Positions 47,156 through 57,570 of a DNA stretch of 64,000 bases are shown piece after piece. The stretch is from Gammaproteobacteria bacterium (lineage in GTDB: Bacteria > Pseudomonadota > Gammaproteobacteria > Eutrophobiales > Eutrophobiaceae): the NCBI GenBank assembly GCA_965116495.1, contig OZ220696.1, forward strand, positions 288,001 through 352,000, given 5' to 3'. The stretch's first letter is position 1. Each line of letters begins with the position of its first letter. The notes beneath the pieces are model-generated. The model saw only the letters and a program-made list of their open reading frames with translations. It had not been told where the DNA came from and did no database searches. Position numbers and translations under genes: made by a program.

Positions 47156-49474
47156 ATGCTACGTACTATCCATTCACGAAATCATAGGAATTTCCCGGGT
47201 TACTTTCCGGCATTATTGTTAACCGTTGTATTTTCCGTTCCTGCCACCTTGCCGGCACAGGTCATTGAAGAGGTCGTGGTGACCGCGCAAAAACGTGAGG
47301 AATCCCTGCAGGATGTACCTATCTCCGTAGTGGCGTTTACCGGTGATTCTCTGAATGAACTTGGTGTACAGAACTCACAGGATGTAATGCAGCTTGTTCC
47401 AAATGCAGGTCTTCAAGGTCAGGGGGGGTCCAAGTACAACTACTTCATTCGAGGGGTTGGGACCGCAGATTTCCACATTAATTCCGTGGGCGCGGTAGGT
47501 GTCTACCTTGATGACATCGCACTGAATGCGCCAAATGCCGTTACATTCAGTGCCTTCGACCTGGACCGGGTAGAAGTGATGCGCGGTCCGCAAAACACCT
47601 TGTTTGGCCGTAATACCACAGGTGGCGCGGTGAACTATCTCAGCCGCAAACCTGATGTTGATGCGGGCCTGAACGGGTACCTGCGAGGCGGGTATGGACG
47701 CCATGATCAATTCGATATGGAAGGCGCCATAGGCGTCCCTCTTGGAGAAAATGCCGCAGCGAGGGTATCGTTCGTGAGCAATATTCGTGATGGGGTGTAC
47801 GAGAATCCCACGCTCGGAAAGGATGAGGGAAGTTATTCCCGCCAGGCGGGCCGCGGCCAGTTACTTTTCAGGCCAGACGACGATTTGGAAATTCTGTTTA
47901 ACTTCCACGGCGGGGTGGCCCGGGATAACCCTACGCCGTACAAATCCGTAGGGCTTCAGGACCCGAACGATCCCTCAGCCCGTTGCGCGGTGCCTGAATC
48001 TGACCTGATTCCGCAGAATAATCCCAACTGTGTCGACTCATCGGGATTCAGCCACCAGTTTGACGACTGGGATACCGCCTATGGGAACATGGAGTTCAAG
48101 GAAGACGTTGACTTGTGGGGAACATCACTTAAGGCATCCTGGGATACCGGACCGATGACACTGACATCGGTCACTGCTTATGACTCATTCGAAGTGCAAT
48201 ACAGGGAAGATGCTGATGGAGCTCCCTCAACGATGTTTAATTTTTACCAGCAGGGTGATTACGAGCAATGGTCCCAGGAATTGCGTTTGCAATCGGATGA
48301 TGACCGAAAATTGCGCTGGATTCTGGGTTTTTACTACTTTCATGAAGATGCAAGGTATTCGACGGCGTTACGTATAAACTGGGCCATCCTGGCTCCGGGC
48401 AATTTTAACGTACTTCCCAATACCCAGGTTAACCAGGACAACGAGGTGTATTCGGGATATGGTCAACTGGAATTTGACCTGCAGGATAACCTGACGGCGA
48501 CGGTTGGCTTCCGCTGGACCAATGAAACCAAGGACGGTTCCAATACCGGCTCCATCAGGTGTTCAGGGGTGGGTGGTCCGCCATTTTGCCCCCAACTCAG
48601 CGCACATGCGTTCCTGGGGTATGACCTGATTCCCACACTGCCCGGGGTATTCTTTCCACCTACGGAAACCTTCGGGGCGGAGTACGAAGAATGGGGTGCG
48701 CGTTTTGCGCTGGACTGGCAGGCAAGCGATGATTTGCTTGTATACGGAAGTATTTCCCGTGGCTTCAAGGGCGGTGGTTTCGCCCTTGCTCCTTTAGCGC
48801 TCTGGACGGGTACTGCTACGGACAGCGTAGATCCGGAAGTCTTATTGGCTTACGAGATAGGTTTCAAGTCCACTTTGATGGACGGTGCACTACAACTTAA
48901 CGCGGCGGGATTTTATTACGATTGGAAAGATCTGATATCTTTTCAACCATTCGATGGGCTTGTCCGGCTTCTGAATGTTGCGGAGAGCAGTAATATCGGT
49001 GGGGAGGTTGAGGTGCAATGGGCGCCGGCAGAAGGGTTGTACATCTCAGCGGGTATAGGCATCAGCGATGCTGAAATTGACGATCCCGGCGGGGTTGACA
49101 ACGTTTTTAAGGGTAATGCTCTACCCAACGCTCCTGACCTGACATTCAATGGTTTGGTCAGGAAGGAGTTTCAAATTGGCGATGGTATGCTCGCGTTACA
49201 GACCAATTGGCGCTACAAGGATGACGTAACCTATGACCTGACTAACGCCGCCCACCTCAGTCAGGATGGTTGGTGGAACCTGGATGCACGCGGATCATAC
49301 GCATTCGGACCGGGTCAACAGTACGAAATTGCCGTCTGGGGCAAGAATTTGACCGGCCAGGAATATTGTACCGGACTGGTCAGCCTCAAGAATGCGGCTG
49401 CAGAATCTTTCGTATGTTATGGGAATTATTCAGACCCGACCTATGGAATCACGGCCAGCTACAGCTTTGATTAA
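47156..49474 (+). CDS. TonB-dependent receptor 3
   Basis: IEEVVVTAQKREESLQDVP, FIRGVG and RVEVMRGPQNTLFGRNTTGGA. Confidence 0.95.
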   Translation: MLRTIHSRNHRNFPGYFPALLLTVVFSVPATLPAQVIEEVVVTAQKREESLQDVPISVVAFTGDSLNELGVQNSQDVMQLVPNAGLQGQGGSKYNYFIRGVGTADFHINSVGAVGVYLDDIALNAPNAVTFSAFDLDRVEVMRGPQNTLFGRNTTGGAVNYLSRKPDVDAGLNGYLRGGYGRHDQFDMEGAIGVPLGENAAARVSFVSNIRDGVYENPTLGKDEGSYSRQAGRGQLLFRPDDDLEILFNFHGGVARDNPTPYKSVGLQDPNDPSARCAVPESDLIPQNNPNCVDSSGFSHQFDDWDTAYGNMEFKEDVDLWGTSLKASWDTGPMTLTSVTAYDSFEVQYREDADGAPSTMFNFYQQGDYEQWSQELRLQSDDDRKLRWILGFYYFHEDARYSTALRINWAILAPGNFNVLPNTQVNQDNEVYSGYGQLEFDLQDNLTATVGFRWTNETKDGSNTGSIRCSGVGGPPFCPQLSAHAFLGYDLIPTLPGVFFPPTETFGAEYEEWGARFALDWQASDDLLVYGSISRGFKGGGFALAPLALWTGTATDSVDPEVLLAYEIGFKSTLMDGALQLNAAGFYYDWKDLISFQPFDGLVRLLNVAESSNIGGEVEVQWAPAEGLYISAGIGISDAEIDDPGGVDNVFKGNALPNAPDLTFNGLVRKEFQIGDGMLALQTNWRYKDDVTYDLTNAAHLSQDGWWNLDARGSYAFGPGQQYEIAVWGKNLTGQEYCTGLVSLKNAAAESFVCYGNYSDPTYGITASYSFD

Positions 49475-49678
49475 GACATATTCCGGACGGTTGCACACCT
49501 GATTGAAGGGGCGTTTCAGTTCATTAAGCCGGCAGTCGGATCGCGCTCACGAGGATTGCCGGCACTGAGCCGTTGTATCCAGTTGTATCAGATCTTAATT
49601 CCCATTACAGTGAAGAGGTTTGGGTATTAATGCCTTCGTGGCAGCGAAACCCAGCAATTTTATGTAGCCGGATCTGAA

Positions 49679-50806
49679 ATGAAGAAATCGCATCAACTGA
49701 TGATCCTCATCGGCGCCATCTGTGCGTATAACCTGTCATCTTTCAGTTGGTGGGCCCAACCTCAAATCGTCCATACCCTGATAGACAAGCTCGGATTGTC
49801 CGATTCCAGGGCCGGCCAGGTAGTCTCAATAGAATTACTGGCAATAGCTGTAACCGCATTTGTTATTTCCCCATGGATATCGAAATTCCATGTCAAAAAA
49901 GTCTGCTATTCGGCCGGGATCATCGCAATTGCCGGGCATTTTATGTCGGCATCGACTCAATCAATTGAGCTATTGTTTTCTGCCCGGCTGGTATCAGGCA
50001 TAGCTGAGGGATTGATACTCGCTTTTGCCAACGCTGCGCTTGCTTCCACCAGCAACCCCGACCGTTCCTACGCGTTGCTCAATACCTGGAATGTCGCCTC
50101 GGGTGTGGTGTTATTGACGGTAATGCCGGTCCTGGAGCAGAAATACGGCATCGCAGCCGTCTTTGGGCTCATCGGTATTGCCTGTTTGTTGATGATGCCG
50201 CTGTTCAAGCATTTACCCGTGAAAATAGCAGTCGTACAACAAATCAAAATCTCCCGGGACAGGATAACAACATCTATAGTCATGTTGTTATCCCTGCTGG
50301 TGTGGGGCACGGCATCAGCAATGGTCTGGGCGTTTTATATTTCCATAGGCGCACTCACTACACTGGAGACCTCGACGGTAGGATTAATAGTGGCAGTTGC
50401 TGCGCTCGGGGGTCTGGTGGGAGGTACTTTAGCGGTATACGTCAGTAGCAACCATGGACGTTACCTGCCTTTCTATATAGCGCTGCTGATACATACGGTT
50501 ATTGCGATGGCGCTTACACACGTGTTTTATAACTGGGTTTTCATTTTGACCGCGCCTGCAGCATTGGCCTGTGTTTATTTTATCCTGCCGCTCTACCTGG
50601 GGATGGCGGCTGAACACGATCCCAACGGCGGGTTGCCGGCAGCGATGGCTGCAGTGTTCCTGTTGACCGGCGGGACAGGACCGTTGCTTGGCGGCTACCT
50701 GGTGGAATACGGGGGTGTCCAATTTATCGGATGGGCCATATTAACCGGTTGTATCTTTGCCGCACTATGTAATAAATGGCTGATTCAGAGGCTGTCGAAA
50801 ACGTAG
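49679..50806 (+). CDS. MFS transporter
   Basis: 12 TM segments; ARLVSGIAEG and NPDRSYA. Confidence 0.85.
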   Translation: MKKSHQLMILIGAICAYNLSSFSWWAQPQIVHTLIDKLGLSDSRAGQVVSIELLAIAVTAFVISPWISKFHVKKVCYSAGIIAIAGHFMSASTQSIELLFSARLVSGIAEGLILAFANAALASTSNPDRSYALLNTWNVASGVVLLTVMPVLEQKYGIAAVFGLIGIACLLMMPLFKHLPVKIAVVQQIKISRDRITTSIVMLLSLLVWGTASAMVWAFYISIGALTTLETSTVGLIVAVAALGGLVGGTLAVYVSSNHGRYLPFYIALLIHTVIAMALTHVFYNWVFILTAPAALACVYFILPLYLGMAAEHDPNGGLPAAMAAVFLLTGGTGPLLGGYLVEYGGVQFIGWAILTGCIFAALCNKWLIQRLSKT

Positions 50807-50871
50807 AAAGGTTTGCCCAAGCCTCTGCCTCTCCCGGTTTCGCCGTATCTGCACGGCGTTTTTCGAGAAAA

Positions 50872-50923
50872 GGGGACGGATTTAAAATCCGTCCCCGGAG
50901 AATTTGCGTCCCCGGAGAATTTG
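50872..50923. repeat. REP-like hairpin plus a 17-bp tandem duplication
   Basis: Perfect 12-bp stem GGGGACGGATTT-A-AAATCCGTCCCC (50872-50896); CGTCCCCGGAGAATTTG twice (50890-50906, 50907-50923). Confidence 0.8.
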
Positions 50924-50924
50924 A

Positions 50925-51782
50925 ATGAAAACCGTTGAATGCGGTATCAAAGCGTTCGATGTCCATGAACTGCTGTGCCATTTTGTCGCCCAACGGGGCG
51001 GCTTTTACGCGGCTGCAGGCCTGGACGTAAGACTTGTGGATACCACATTTACGCCGGATGACAGGCTTCCCGGTGCGAATTATTTCCAGGTCGCCTGCGG
51101 CGCTGCGTTATTTTCCCGGAGCGTACGCTTCAGGGTTTTTCTGGCTGCCGTAACCGGACCCATGTTCTGGTTATATTCAGCAGCGGAGATAAAGTCTGTC
51201 GAGCAACTCGCCGGCAAGCGCATTGCCACCTACCCATCGCTTGCGCCGCCTTACTGGTTCAACCGCATCGTGCTGCGCAACTATGGACTCGATCCGGACA
51301 ACGATGTCGAGTTGATGCCCGCGCGGGATGATGCACTGCGTCTCGGCCTGTTGCGTGAAGGCGCGGTGGATGCGGCGCTGATCAGCTCCGCCATGTCACC
51401 GGTGGCGATCCGACAGTTAGGCTTGAATACCCTGACCTTGCTGGCAGATGAGATAAAGTTTGTAACCAGCGGTATCGCCACCACCGAAAAGATCGCGCAG
51501 GATGACCCGGACCTGGTGCAAAAACTGGCCAGGGTTTATCGGCAGAGCCTGGCTGTCATCCATGATTCACCGGCTGAAATCTATCCTATCCTGGCAGATG
51601 TAATGGGTGTCTCGAAAGATGTTGCTGAAAAAACCTATGAGTTGATTTTACCCTGCTATACACAGGACGGCTTTCTAGAGATGGATACGTTACAGACGGC
51701 TCTGGACACCCTGAATGCGGAGCAGGGCACAGGTGCTCCGGTATCTGCAGGCGATGTGTATCATTTCCACCCGGCCGAATAA
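50925..51782 (+). CDS. NMT1/THI5/SsuA-like periplasmic-binding-fold protein without signal peptide
   Basis: VAQRGGFYAAAGLDV, IKSVEQLAGKRIA, GLDPDNDVEL and GAVDAA. Confidence 0.75.
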   Translation: MKTVECGIKAFDVHELLCHFVAQRGGFYAAAGLDVRLVDTTFTPDDRLPGANYFQVACGAALFSRSVRFRVFLAAVTGPMFWLYSAAEIKSVEQLAGKRIATYPSLAPPYWFNRIVLRNYGLDPDNDVELMPARDDALRLGLLREGAVDAALISSAMSPVAIRQLGLNTLTLLADEIKFVTSGIATTEKIAQDDPDLVQKLARVYRQSLAVIHDSPAEIYPILADVMGVSKDVAEKTYELILPCYTQDGFLEMDTLQTALDTLNAEQGTGAPVSAGDVYHFHPAE

Positions 51783-53005
51783 TGAAACTTGACCTGACCG
51801 GCTTGTTTTCAGCCGACTGGTGGCGTACCCCGCTCTCACCACGGCAAGGTGCTGACGGGAATGATTTTGACCGGCCCATTTCCCTGTTGAGCATAATGTT
51901 GACAGGTATTGCCGGGGTGACGGTAGCTGGCCTGAACCCGATCATTGCAACTGCTTATGTTGACTATCTTGGTTTTTCGGAAGCACAGGCCGGTTATTTG
52001 CTGGCAGCGGACATGTCGGGGTTCACCATCGGGACATTATTCGTATCAACACGGATCCATGTATGGAACCGGCGCATGATTGCAGTGACCGGGTTGGTTA
52101 TCCTGTTGCTCGGCAACCTGGTCTGTTTGGCATTAAGTTCATTCGATGCGCTGTTGGTTGCCCGCCTGTTTATCGGACTCGGCTCGGGGAGTGTGGCGGG
52201 CGCCATGGCAGCCAGCCTTGCCGCCTCAGGCAGCCCGGATCGATTCTTTGGTTTTTACACTATCCTGACGCTCAGCACCATCGCCATTCTCATGTTAATG
52301 ACACCCCGGTTGTTAATTGCATTTGGTATCGGGGGACTTTTCTGGTTGCTGGCTGCCATGACCCTGCCGGCGTTTTGCCTGGTCAGGAATTTTCCGGAAT
52401 TTGCCGGCAACGGTAATGATGTCAGGCATAGCTCAAGTGCATCATGGCGTGATATGCCGCTGAATATCGTTATGGTCGTCTCTATTGCTACCCTGGTTTA
52501 CTATGTGGGTACCGGTGGTGTGTGGCCGTATATCTCCCAGGTAGGGAAGGCGCAGGGCTTCGCGATTGAAGAAATAGGCAAACTGCTTGCAGTGGCGCAA
52601 CTGTTTGGTATAGCCGGCGCAATGGTACCCATAGTTCTCGGCTCCCGCCTGGGCCGCGCGCTGCCCATTGCAGTTTCTTTACTTAGCTCGATAATTTGTC
52701 TTATTGCCTTGCTTACTCTTGGCGGCAAGCTGGTATATGCCCTGGTTGTCCAGTTATACATGTTTGTCTGGTTGCTGTTCTTTCCGTACCTGATGGGTAT
52801 TGTTTCGGAGCTTGACCCGCTCGGTCGACTTGCCGGGATAAGCTACGCGCTGCAGAGTGTCGGTTTTGCCGTGGGACCTGCGCTTGCCGCACTGTTGATC
52901 ACTCATGGAGGTTACACGGCCCTGTTTTACCAGGGTATAGCTTGTTACCTGATAACGCTGTTCCTGTTACTTCCTCTCGCCCTTAAACAAGGTGCCACTG
53001 CTTGA
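51782..53005 (+). CDS. MFS transporter
   Basis: 12 TM segments; ARLFIGLGSG, SPDRFFG and LDPLGR. Confidence 0.87.
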   Translation: MKLDLTGLFSADWWRTPLSPRQGADGNDFDRPISLLSIMLTGIAGVTVAGLNPIIATAYVDYLGFSEAQAGYLLAADMSGFTIGTLFVSTRIHVWNRRMIAVTGLVILLLGNLVCLALSSFDALLVARLFIGLGSGSVAGAMAASLAASGSPDRFFGFYTILTLSTIAILMLMTPRLLIAFGIGGLFWLLAAMTLPAFCLVRNFPEFAGNGNDVRHSSSASWRDMPLNIVMVVSIATLVYYVGTGGVWPYISQVGKAQGFAIEEIGKLLAVAQLFGIAGAMVPIVLGSRLGRALPIAVSLLSSIICLIALLTLGGKLVYALVVQLYMFVWLLFFPYLMGIVSELDPLGRLAGISYALQSVGFAVGPALAALLITHGGYTALFYQGIACYLITLFLLLPLALKQGATA

Positions 53006-53066
53006 TAAAACGTGGATAATATGTCTTGAAACCAGTAATTCAAAATAATGAAACCAGGCAGCTGAT

Positions 53067-54359
53067 ATGACTTCCGATACGATACTTATCAAGAACGCAC
53101 ACATATTTGACGGACATGCCCCGGAGTTGTCGGACCGGAGCAACATACTGTTGGCGGACGGTGAAATCAGGGAGATTTCCAGCGGCGCTATTGACAGCGG
53201 TAGTCATCACGTGGTCGATGCCGAAGGTCGTACCGTCATGCCGGGCCTGATAGATAACCACATCCATGTGACCATACCTACCCTGGATACGACTGCATTG
53301 ACGAGGATGCCGGAGACGTATATTGCCCAGTATGCAAATGTTTTTCTGAATGCGACCTTGCAACGTGGGTTTACCACGATACGCGATATTGGTGGCGGAG
53401 ATGTCGGCATCTCCCGCGCTATCGACCACGGCCTGGTGCGCGGCCCGCGGTTTTATTATGCCGGAAAAATCATGTCACAGACCGGGGGGCACGGCGATAT
53501 GCGGCCGGGCTGGGAAGTTGACCCCTCGGATCAACTTTGCACATGTGGCAGCTATTCGACAAAACTTACCCGTATAGTGGACGACCCGTATGAGATGCGC
53601 CGCGCGGTACGAGATGAATTACGTAAAGGTTCTCACTGCATAAAGATAATGGGATCAGGCGGCGTAGTCAGCCCTAATGATCCGTTACACCATACACAAT
53701 TTACTGAAGATGAGATTCGCGCAGCGGTGGATGAATGCGCCCGGCAGGAAACCTATGTATCAGCACATTGTCACCCGACTGAAGCAGTCAAGCGCTGTGT
53801 CGAGTTTGGCGTGCGCTGTATTGAACACGCAACCCTGATTGACAAGAAAACAGCGGAATACGTGGCAGGCCAGGGAGCATTCGTTGTCCCGACTTTTGCA
53901 GTGCTGAACGCATTGTATGAAGAAGGCGCAAAATATGGACTGGCGCCGGTCAGCCAGGAGAAAATCAAGATTATTTACGCACAGGCCATGAACGGCCTGG
54001 AAATTATGCGGGATGCCGGGGTAAAAATGGGCCTGGGTACTGACCTGCTCGGCGCGCAACATGTTCGGCAATGCACTGAATTTACCATCAGGAAGCAGGT
54101 ATTTACACCGTTTGAAATACTACATCAAGCCACGGCGGTGAATGCCGAGATTTTGCTGGAACCAGACCGGCTGGGCTGTATCAGGGAAGGCGCGTTTGCC
54201 GACCTGCTGGTAGTTGACGGCAATCCCCTGGAAGATATCTCTTTGATGGAGCAGGACGGCGCGGCGCTTTCAGTCATCGTACGCAAGGGTGAGATGGTGA
54301 AGTGTGAACTGCCCGTCTCAGAGGGAGCGGTGAGAGCGTTCAGTTGGCCGGCGAGCTGA
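53067..54359 (+). CDS. Amidohydrolase superfamily, prolidase/imidazolonepropionase-like
   Basis: Motifs MPGLIDNHIH, GFTTIRD.GG, SQTGGHGD, IKIMGSGGV, SAHCH, IEHA and GTD. Confidence 0.92.
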   Translation: MTSDTILIKNAHIFDGHAPELSDRSNILLADGEIREISSGAIDSGSHHVVDAEGRTVMPGLIDNHIHVTIPTLDTTALTRMPETYIAQYANVFLNATLQRGFTTIRDIGGGDVGISRAIDHGLVRGPRFYYAGKIMSQTGGHGDMRPGWEVDPSDQLCTCGSYSTKLTRIVDDPYEMRRAVRDELRKGSHCIKIMGSGGVVSPNDPLHHTQFTEDEIRAAVDECARQETYVSAHCHPTEAVKRCVEFGVRCIEHATLIDKKTAEYVAGQGAFVVPTFAVLNALYEEGAKYGLAPVSQEKIKIIYAQAMNGLEIMRDAGVKMGLGTDLLGAQHVRQCTEFTIRKQVFTPFEILHQATAVNAEILLEPDRLGCIREGAFADLLVVDGNPLEDISLMEQDGAALSVIVRKGEMVKCELPVSEGAVRAFSWPAS

Positions 54360-54366
54360 TCGGCGG

Positions 54367-55380
54367 TTATTTCCACACGGCGCGGGCCACGCGCATGAGA
54401 TTCCCGCCCAGTATCCTGGCGATGTCCTCATCCCGGTAGCTCAGGCCGAGCAGGGCGTCGACCATCTCCGGCGCTTGTTCGGGTTCCACGAATTTCACGC
54501 CGTCAGCGTAGCCTCCTTCCGGCGGGAAAGTATCCGGGTTCTGCCTGACGTATTCGTTCAACTCCTCCATGTCGAAAACATAATCAAGGCCAATTCCAAC
54601 ATGGTCTATTCCGGCTTTCTCCACTATGTAATCGATATGCCTGGCTATGGTTTCCGACCGGGCATCGTTTTCACCCAGAAAGATACCAACGCCGTTAACA
54701 CATATCACCCCGCCGGTAGCGGCACAGGCGCGGATGGCTTCGTCGGTAATATTGCGTTTATGCTCCCACATCCCCAGAGGGTTGGAATGTGAAAAAATAA
54801 CAGGGTTTGCAGAATACTCCATGACGTCCATGGTGGTCCGGTAGCCGGTGTGGCTGCAACAGGCCACCATACCCACCCTGGCCATCTCATCGAGCACCTC
54901 GCGGCCGAAAGCGGTCAACCCCTGGTCGTCATCCTGGCAACCCCCGCCCAGGGAATTGTTTTGGTTGTATGCGATCAGCATCCAGCGGGCGCCGAGGTCA
55001 TAATACATTTCCACCATACTAATCTGGTCCGCCAGTACGCAGCCCCCTTCCAGGTCGAAGAAAACCCCCAGCTTGCCTTCAGTAACGGCGCGCTCTATGT
55101 CACCGGTGGTTTCAATCAACATGTAATCATCAGCGTGCTGCCTGGTCCAGTGCCGGAAAGCAGCCATTACCAGCAGAGTATTTTCCCAGGGGACGGCGTC
55201 GAAACCCACATTCAATGAGACCACGTTAAAACCGGCATCCCGGTAGCGCGCCAACTGCGGCAAAAATCCGGTATCGCCGCCGCGCAGCGGCATGCAACCG
55301 TGGTTGTCCCATGCCAGGTTGTCGGCGAGGATGTGTTGTGCTTCAGCGCTTATGGTGTCTGCGATTACAGGTTCGGTCAT
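54367..55380 (-). CDS. M19 membrane/renal dipeptidase family protein
   Basis: Motifs WDNHGC, DLEG, GLTAFGRE, CSH, FSHSN, RNITDE, HVGIGLD and ILGGN. ATG 55380 with an AGGAG RBS. Confidence 0.9.
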   Translation of the reverse strand: MTEPVIADTISAEAQHILADNLAWDNHGCMPLRGGDTGFLPQLARYRDAGFNVVSLNVGFDAVPWENTLLVMAAFRHWTRQHADDYMLIETTGDIERAVTEGKLGVFFDLEGGCVLADQISMVEMYYDLGARWMLIAYNQNNSLGGGCQDDDQGLTAFGREVLDEMARVGMVACCSHTGYRTTMDVMEYSANPVIFSHSNPLGMWEHKRNITDEAIRACAATGGVICVNGVGIFLGENDARSETIARHIDYIVEKAGIDHVGIGLDYVFDMEELNEYVRQNPDTFPPEGGYADGVKFVEPEQAPEMVDALLGLSYRDEDIARILGGNLMRVARAVWK

Positions 55381-55499
55381 TGTTATGGCTCCTGATGCGG
55401 TCAATCATTAGTGTGATAAACTTCCGGTTCGGCAACTCCTTTCCGGGAAAGAGTATAAAACCCTGAGAACAAACTCAAGACTGGAATAAACCGGGTGTA

Positions 55500-57527
55500 A
55501 TGATGCGAATTGCAGTTGACGTGGGAGGCACCTTTACCGATGTTGTGGTATTGGATGAACAATCCGGTGTCCTCCGTTTCGATAAAGTTGAAACAGTCCC
55601 CAGTGACCCTGGCGCCGGTGTCATCAATGGTATCGTGAAGGCCGGAATTGATTGTAACAGTGTAGACATTTTTGTGCACGGTACTACTCTGGGGCTCAAT
55701 GCCTTGCTCACCCGCACCGGCGCCGATCTCGCCATTATTACGACGAAGGGATTTCGCGACGTTTACCTGCTGGGACGTACCGACCGGGATCCGCTGTATG
55801 ACCTGAGATACCGCAAACCCGATTCCCTGGTACCACGTCATCGAATATTTGAAGTGACGGAACGGATGAATTACAAGGGGGAAGTTCTGCTGGAACTGGG
55901 ACGGGAAGAGGCGGTTGCCCTGGGTGAAATGTTAAAGCAGCGGGGTGTCCGCTCCGTAGCCGTTTGCCTGTTACATTCCTACATCAATCCTGCCCATGAA
56001 CTGGCACTGGCAGACGTGCTTGCGGATGTATACCCGGAACTATCCATCACGCTGTCGCACAGGTTGACTCGTGAGTATCGTGAGTATGAACGTACCAGTA
56101 CGGCCGTTATCGATGCCTATATCAAACCATTGACACGGACTTACCTGGAAAAACTGGATGCAGAACTGAACGAGCGCGGTTTTAAAGGTTCTTTTCTTCT
56201 GACTCGATCCGGCGGTGGCGCGATAACCGTTGACGCAGCCAAGGATGAGCCGGCGCATCTGATTCTATCCGGTCCGGCAGGTGGCGTAATCGGGGCGACG
56301 GCATTCGGCGCGCTCATCAATGAGCCGAACCTTGTTACCATCGATATGGGTGGTACCAGCCTTGACGCCTCATTGATCGTTGCCGGCGAACCCAACGTGG
56401 AAACACAACAACGGTTTGAGGGACTGCCGATCGCGATTCCTACACTGGATATCCATACCATCGGCGCCGGTGGCGGCAGTATTGCCTGGGTAGACGACGG
56501 GGGGCACCTGCAAGTGGGTCCGCAAAGCGCCGGTGCCGTACCGGGTCCTGCCTGTTATGCCAAGGGAGGAAAGGATGCGACCTATACCGATGCCGCATTA
56601 GTGATGGGTTACCTGGATGCGAATAATTTCCTTGGTGGCGAAATGGCGCTGAATAAGGATCTCGCTCACCGGGCCGTTTCGGGAACGGCCGAAGCCGTGA
56701 AACTTTCCGTGGAAGAGACTGCGGCCGGGATCATGCGTATCAGTGATGCGAAGATTGCCGGCGCAGTCAGGGTTATATCGATTGAACGGGGACATCATCC
56801 GAAAGATTTTGCGTTGCTCGCTTTTGGGGGCGGTGGAGCGTTCGTTGCAACCAGTGTCGCCCGCGAACTGGGTATTCCCAGGGTCGTGATTCCTCCCGTT
56901 CCAGCGACTTTTTCAGCGTTGGGCATGATGATGGTGGATGTTACCCACGATTTATCACAGACCTGCGTTATGGACCTGGAACAGCTTGAAGTAGAGTCAA
57001 TCAACGGTATTTTTGCTGAATTGAGCAGCAGAGGGCATGATGCCCTGGAAAAAGACCAGATAGACCCTGCACGCAGGCGCCTTATTCCCATGGCGGAGTT
57101 GCGTTATCAGGGGCAGGAGCACACGGTCAACCTGGTGTTTCCCACAGTCGAACTGGGTCCCGGGGATAAGGAGAAAATAGAGTTGTTGTTCAATGCTGCC
57201 CATGAAAAACAATATAGACATTCCATGGGAGATCCTATCCAGATTGTGACCTTGCGCTTGCGCGCAGTGGGCCTGCTTGGACGCCCCAACCTGCCGAAAC
57301 CGGATATGGACACAGCGGCGCCGTCAAGCAATAACAGCAGAAATATTTACCGTTCCGAGACCGGTGCCAGGGAACCTTATGTCATATATGACAGGGAAGT
57401 TCTCAGGGCGGGTATGCAAATCCGAGGGCCGGCTATCATAGAAGAACCCACTTCGACTTCTGTGATACACAAGGGTGATAATTTGATTGTGGGTTCATAC
57501 GGTGAACTCCAGGTCAGTATCGGTTAG
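55500..57527 (+). CDS. Hydantoinase A/oxoprolinase ATP-binding subunit, pair 2
   Basis: Motifs AVDVGGTFTD, HGTT, REYERTST, SGPAGG, DMGGTS, IGAGGGSIA and VGPQSAGAVPGPAC. Confidence 0.94.
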   Translation: MMRIAVDVGGTFTDVVVLDEQSGVLRFDKVETVPSDPGAGVINGIVKAGIDCNSVDIFVHGTTLGLNALLTRTGADLAIITTKGFRDVYLLGRTDRDPLYDLRYRKPDSLVPRHRIFEVTERMNYKGEVLLELGREEAVALGEMLKQRGVRSVAVCLLHSYINPAHELALADVLADVYPELSITLSHRLTREYREYERTSTAVIDAYIKPLTRTYLEKLDAELNERGFKGSFLLTRSGGGAITVDAAKDEPAHLILSGPAGGVIGATAFGALINEPNLVTIDMGGTSLDASLIVAGEPNVETQQRFEGLPIAIPTLDIHTIGAGGGSIAWVDDGGHLQVGPQSAGAVPGPACYAKGGKDATYTDAALVMGYLDANNFLGGEMALNKDLAHRAVSGTAEAVKLSVEETAAGIMRISDAKIAGAVRVISIERGHHPKDFALLAFGGGGAFVATSVARELGIPRVVIPPVPATFSALGMMMVDVTHDLSQTCVMDLEQLEVESINGIFAELSSRGHDALEKDQIDPARRRLIPMAELRYQGQEHTVNLVFPTVELGPGDKEKIELLFNAAHEKQYRHSMGDPIQIVTLRLRAVGLLGRPNLPKPDMDTAAPSSNNSRNIYRSETGAREPYVIYDREVLRAGMQIRGPAIIEEPTSTSVIHKGDNLIVGSYGELQVSIG

Positions 57528-57570
57528 ACTGTGGCAAACAGATATATAAAAGAGGTATGAGATCAGAAAG

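Noticed and set aside
49528-49563. Hairpin GCCGGCAGTC/GATTGCCGGC after receptor 3 as a riboswitch or terminator
   Set aside because: No U-tract and no recognisable aptamer; at most an mRNA-stabilising stem.
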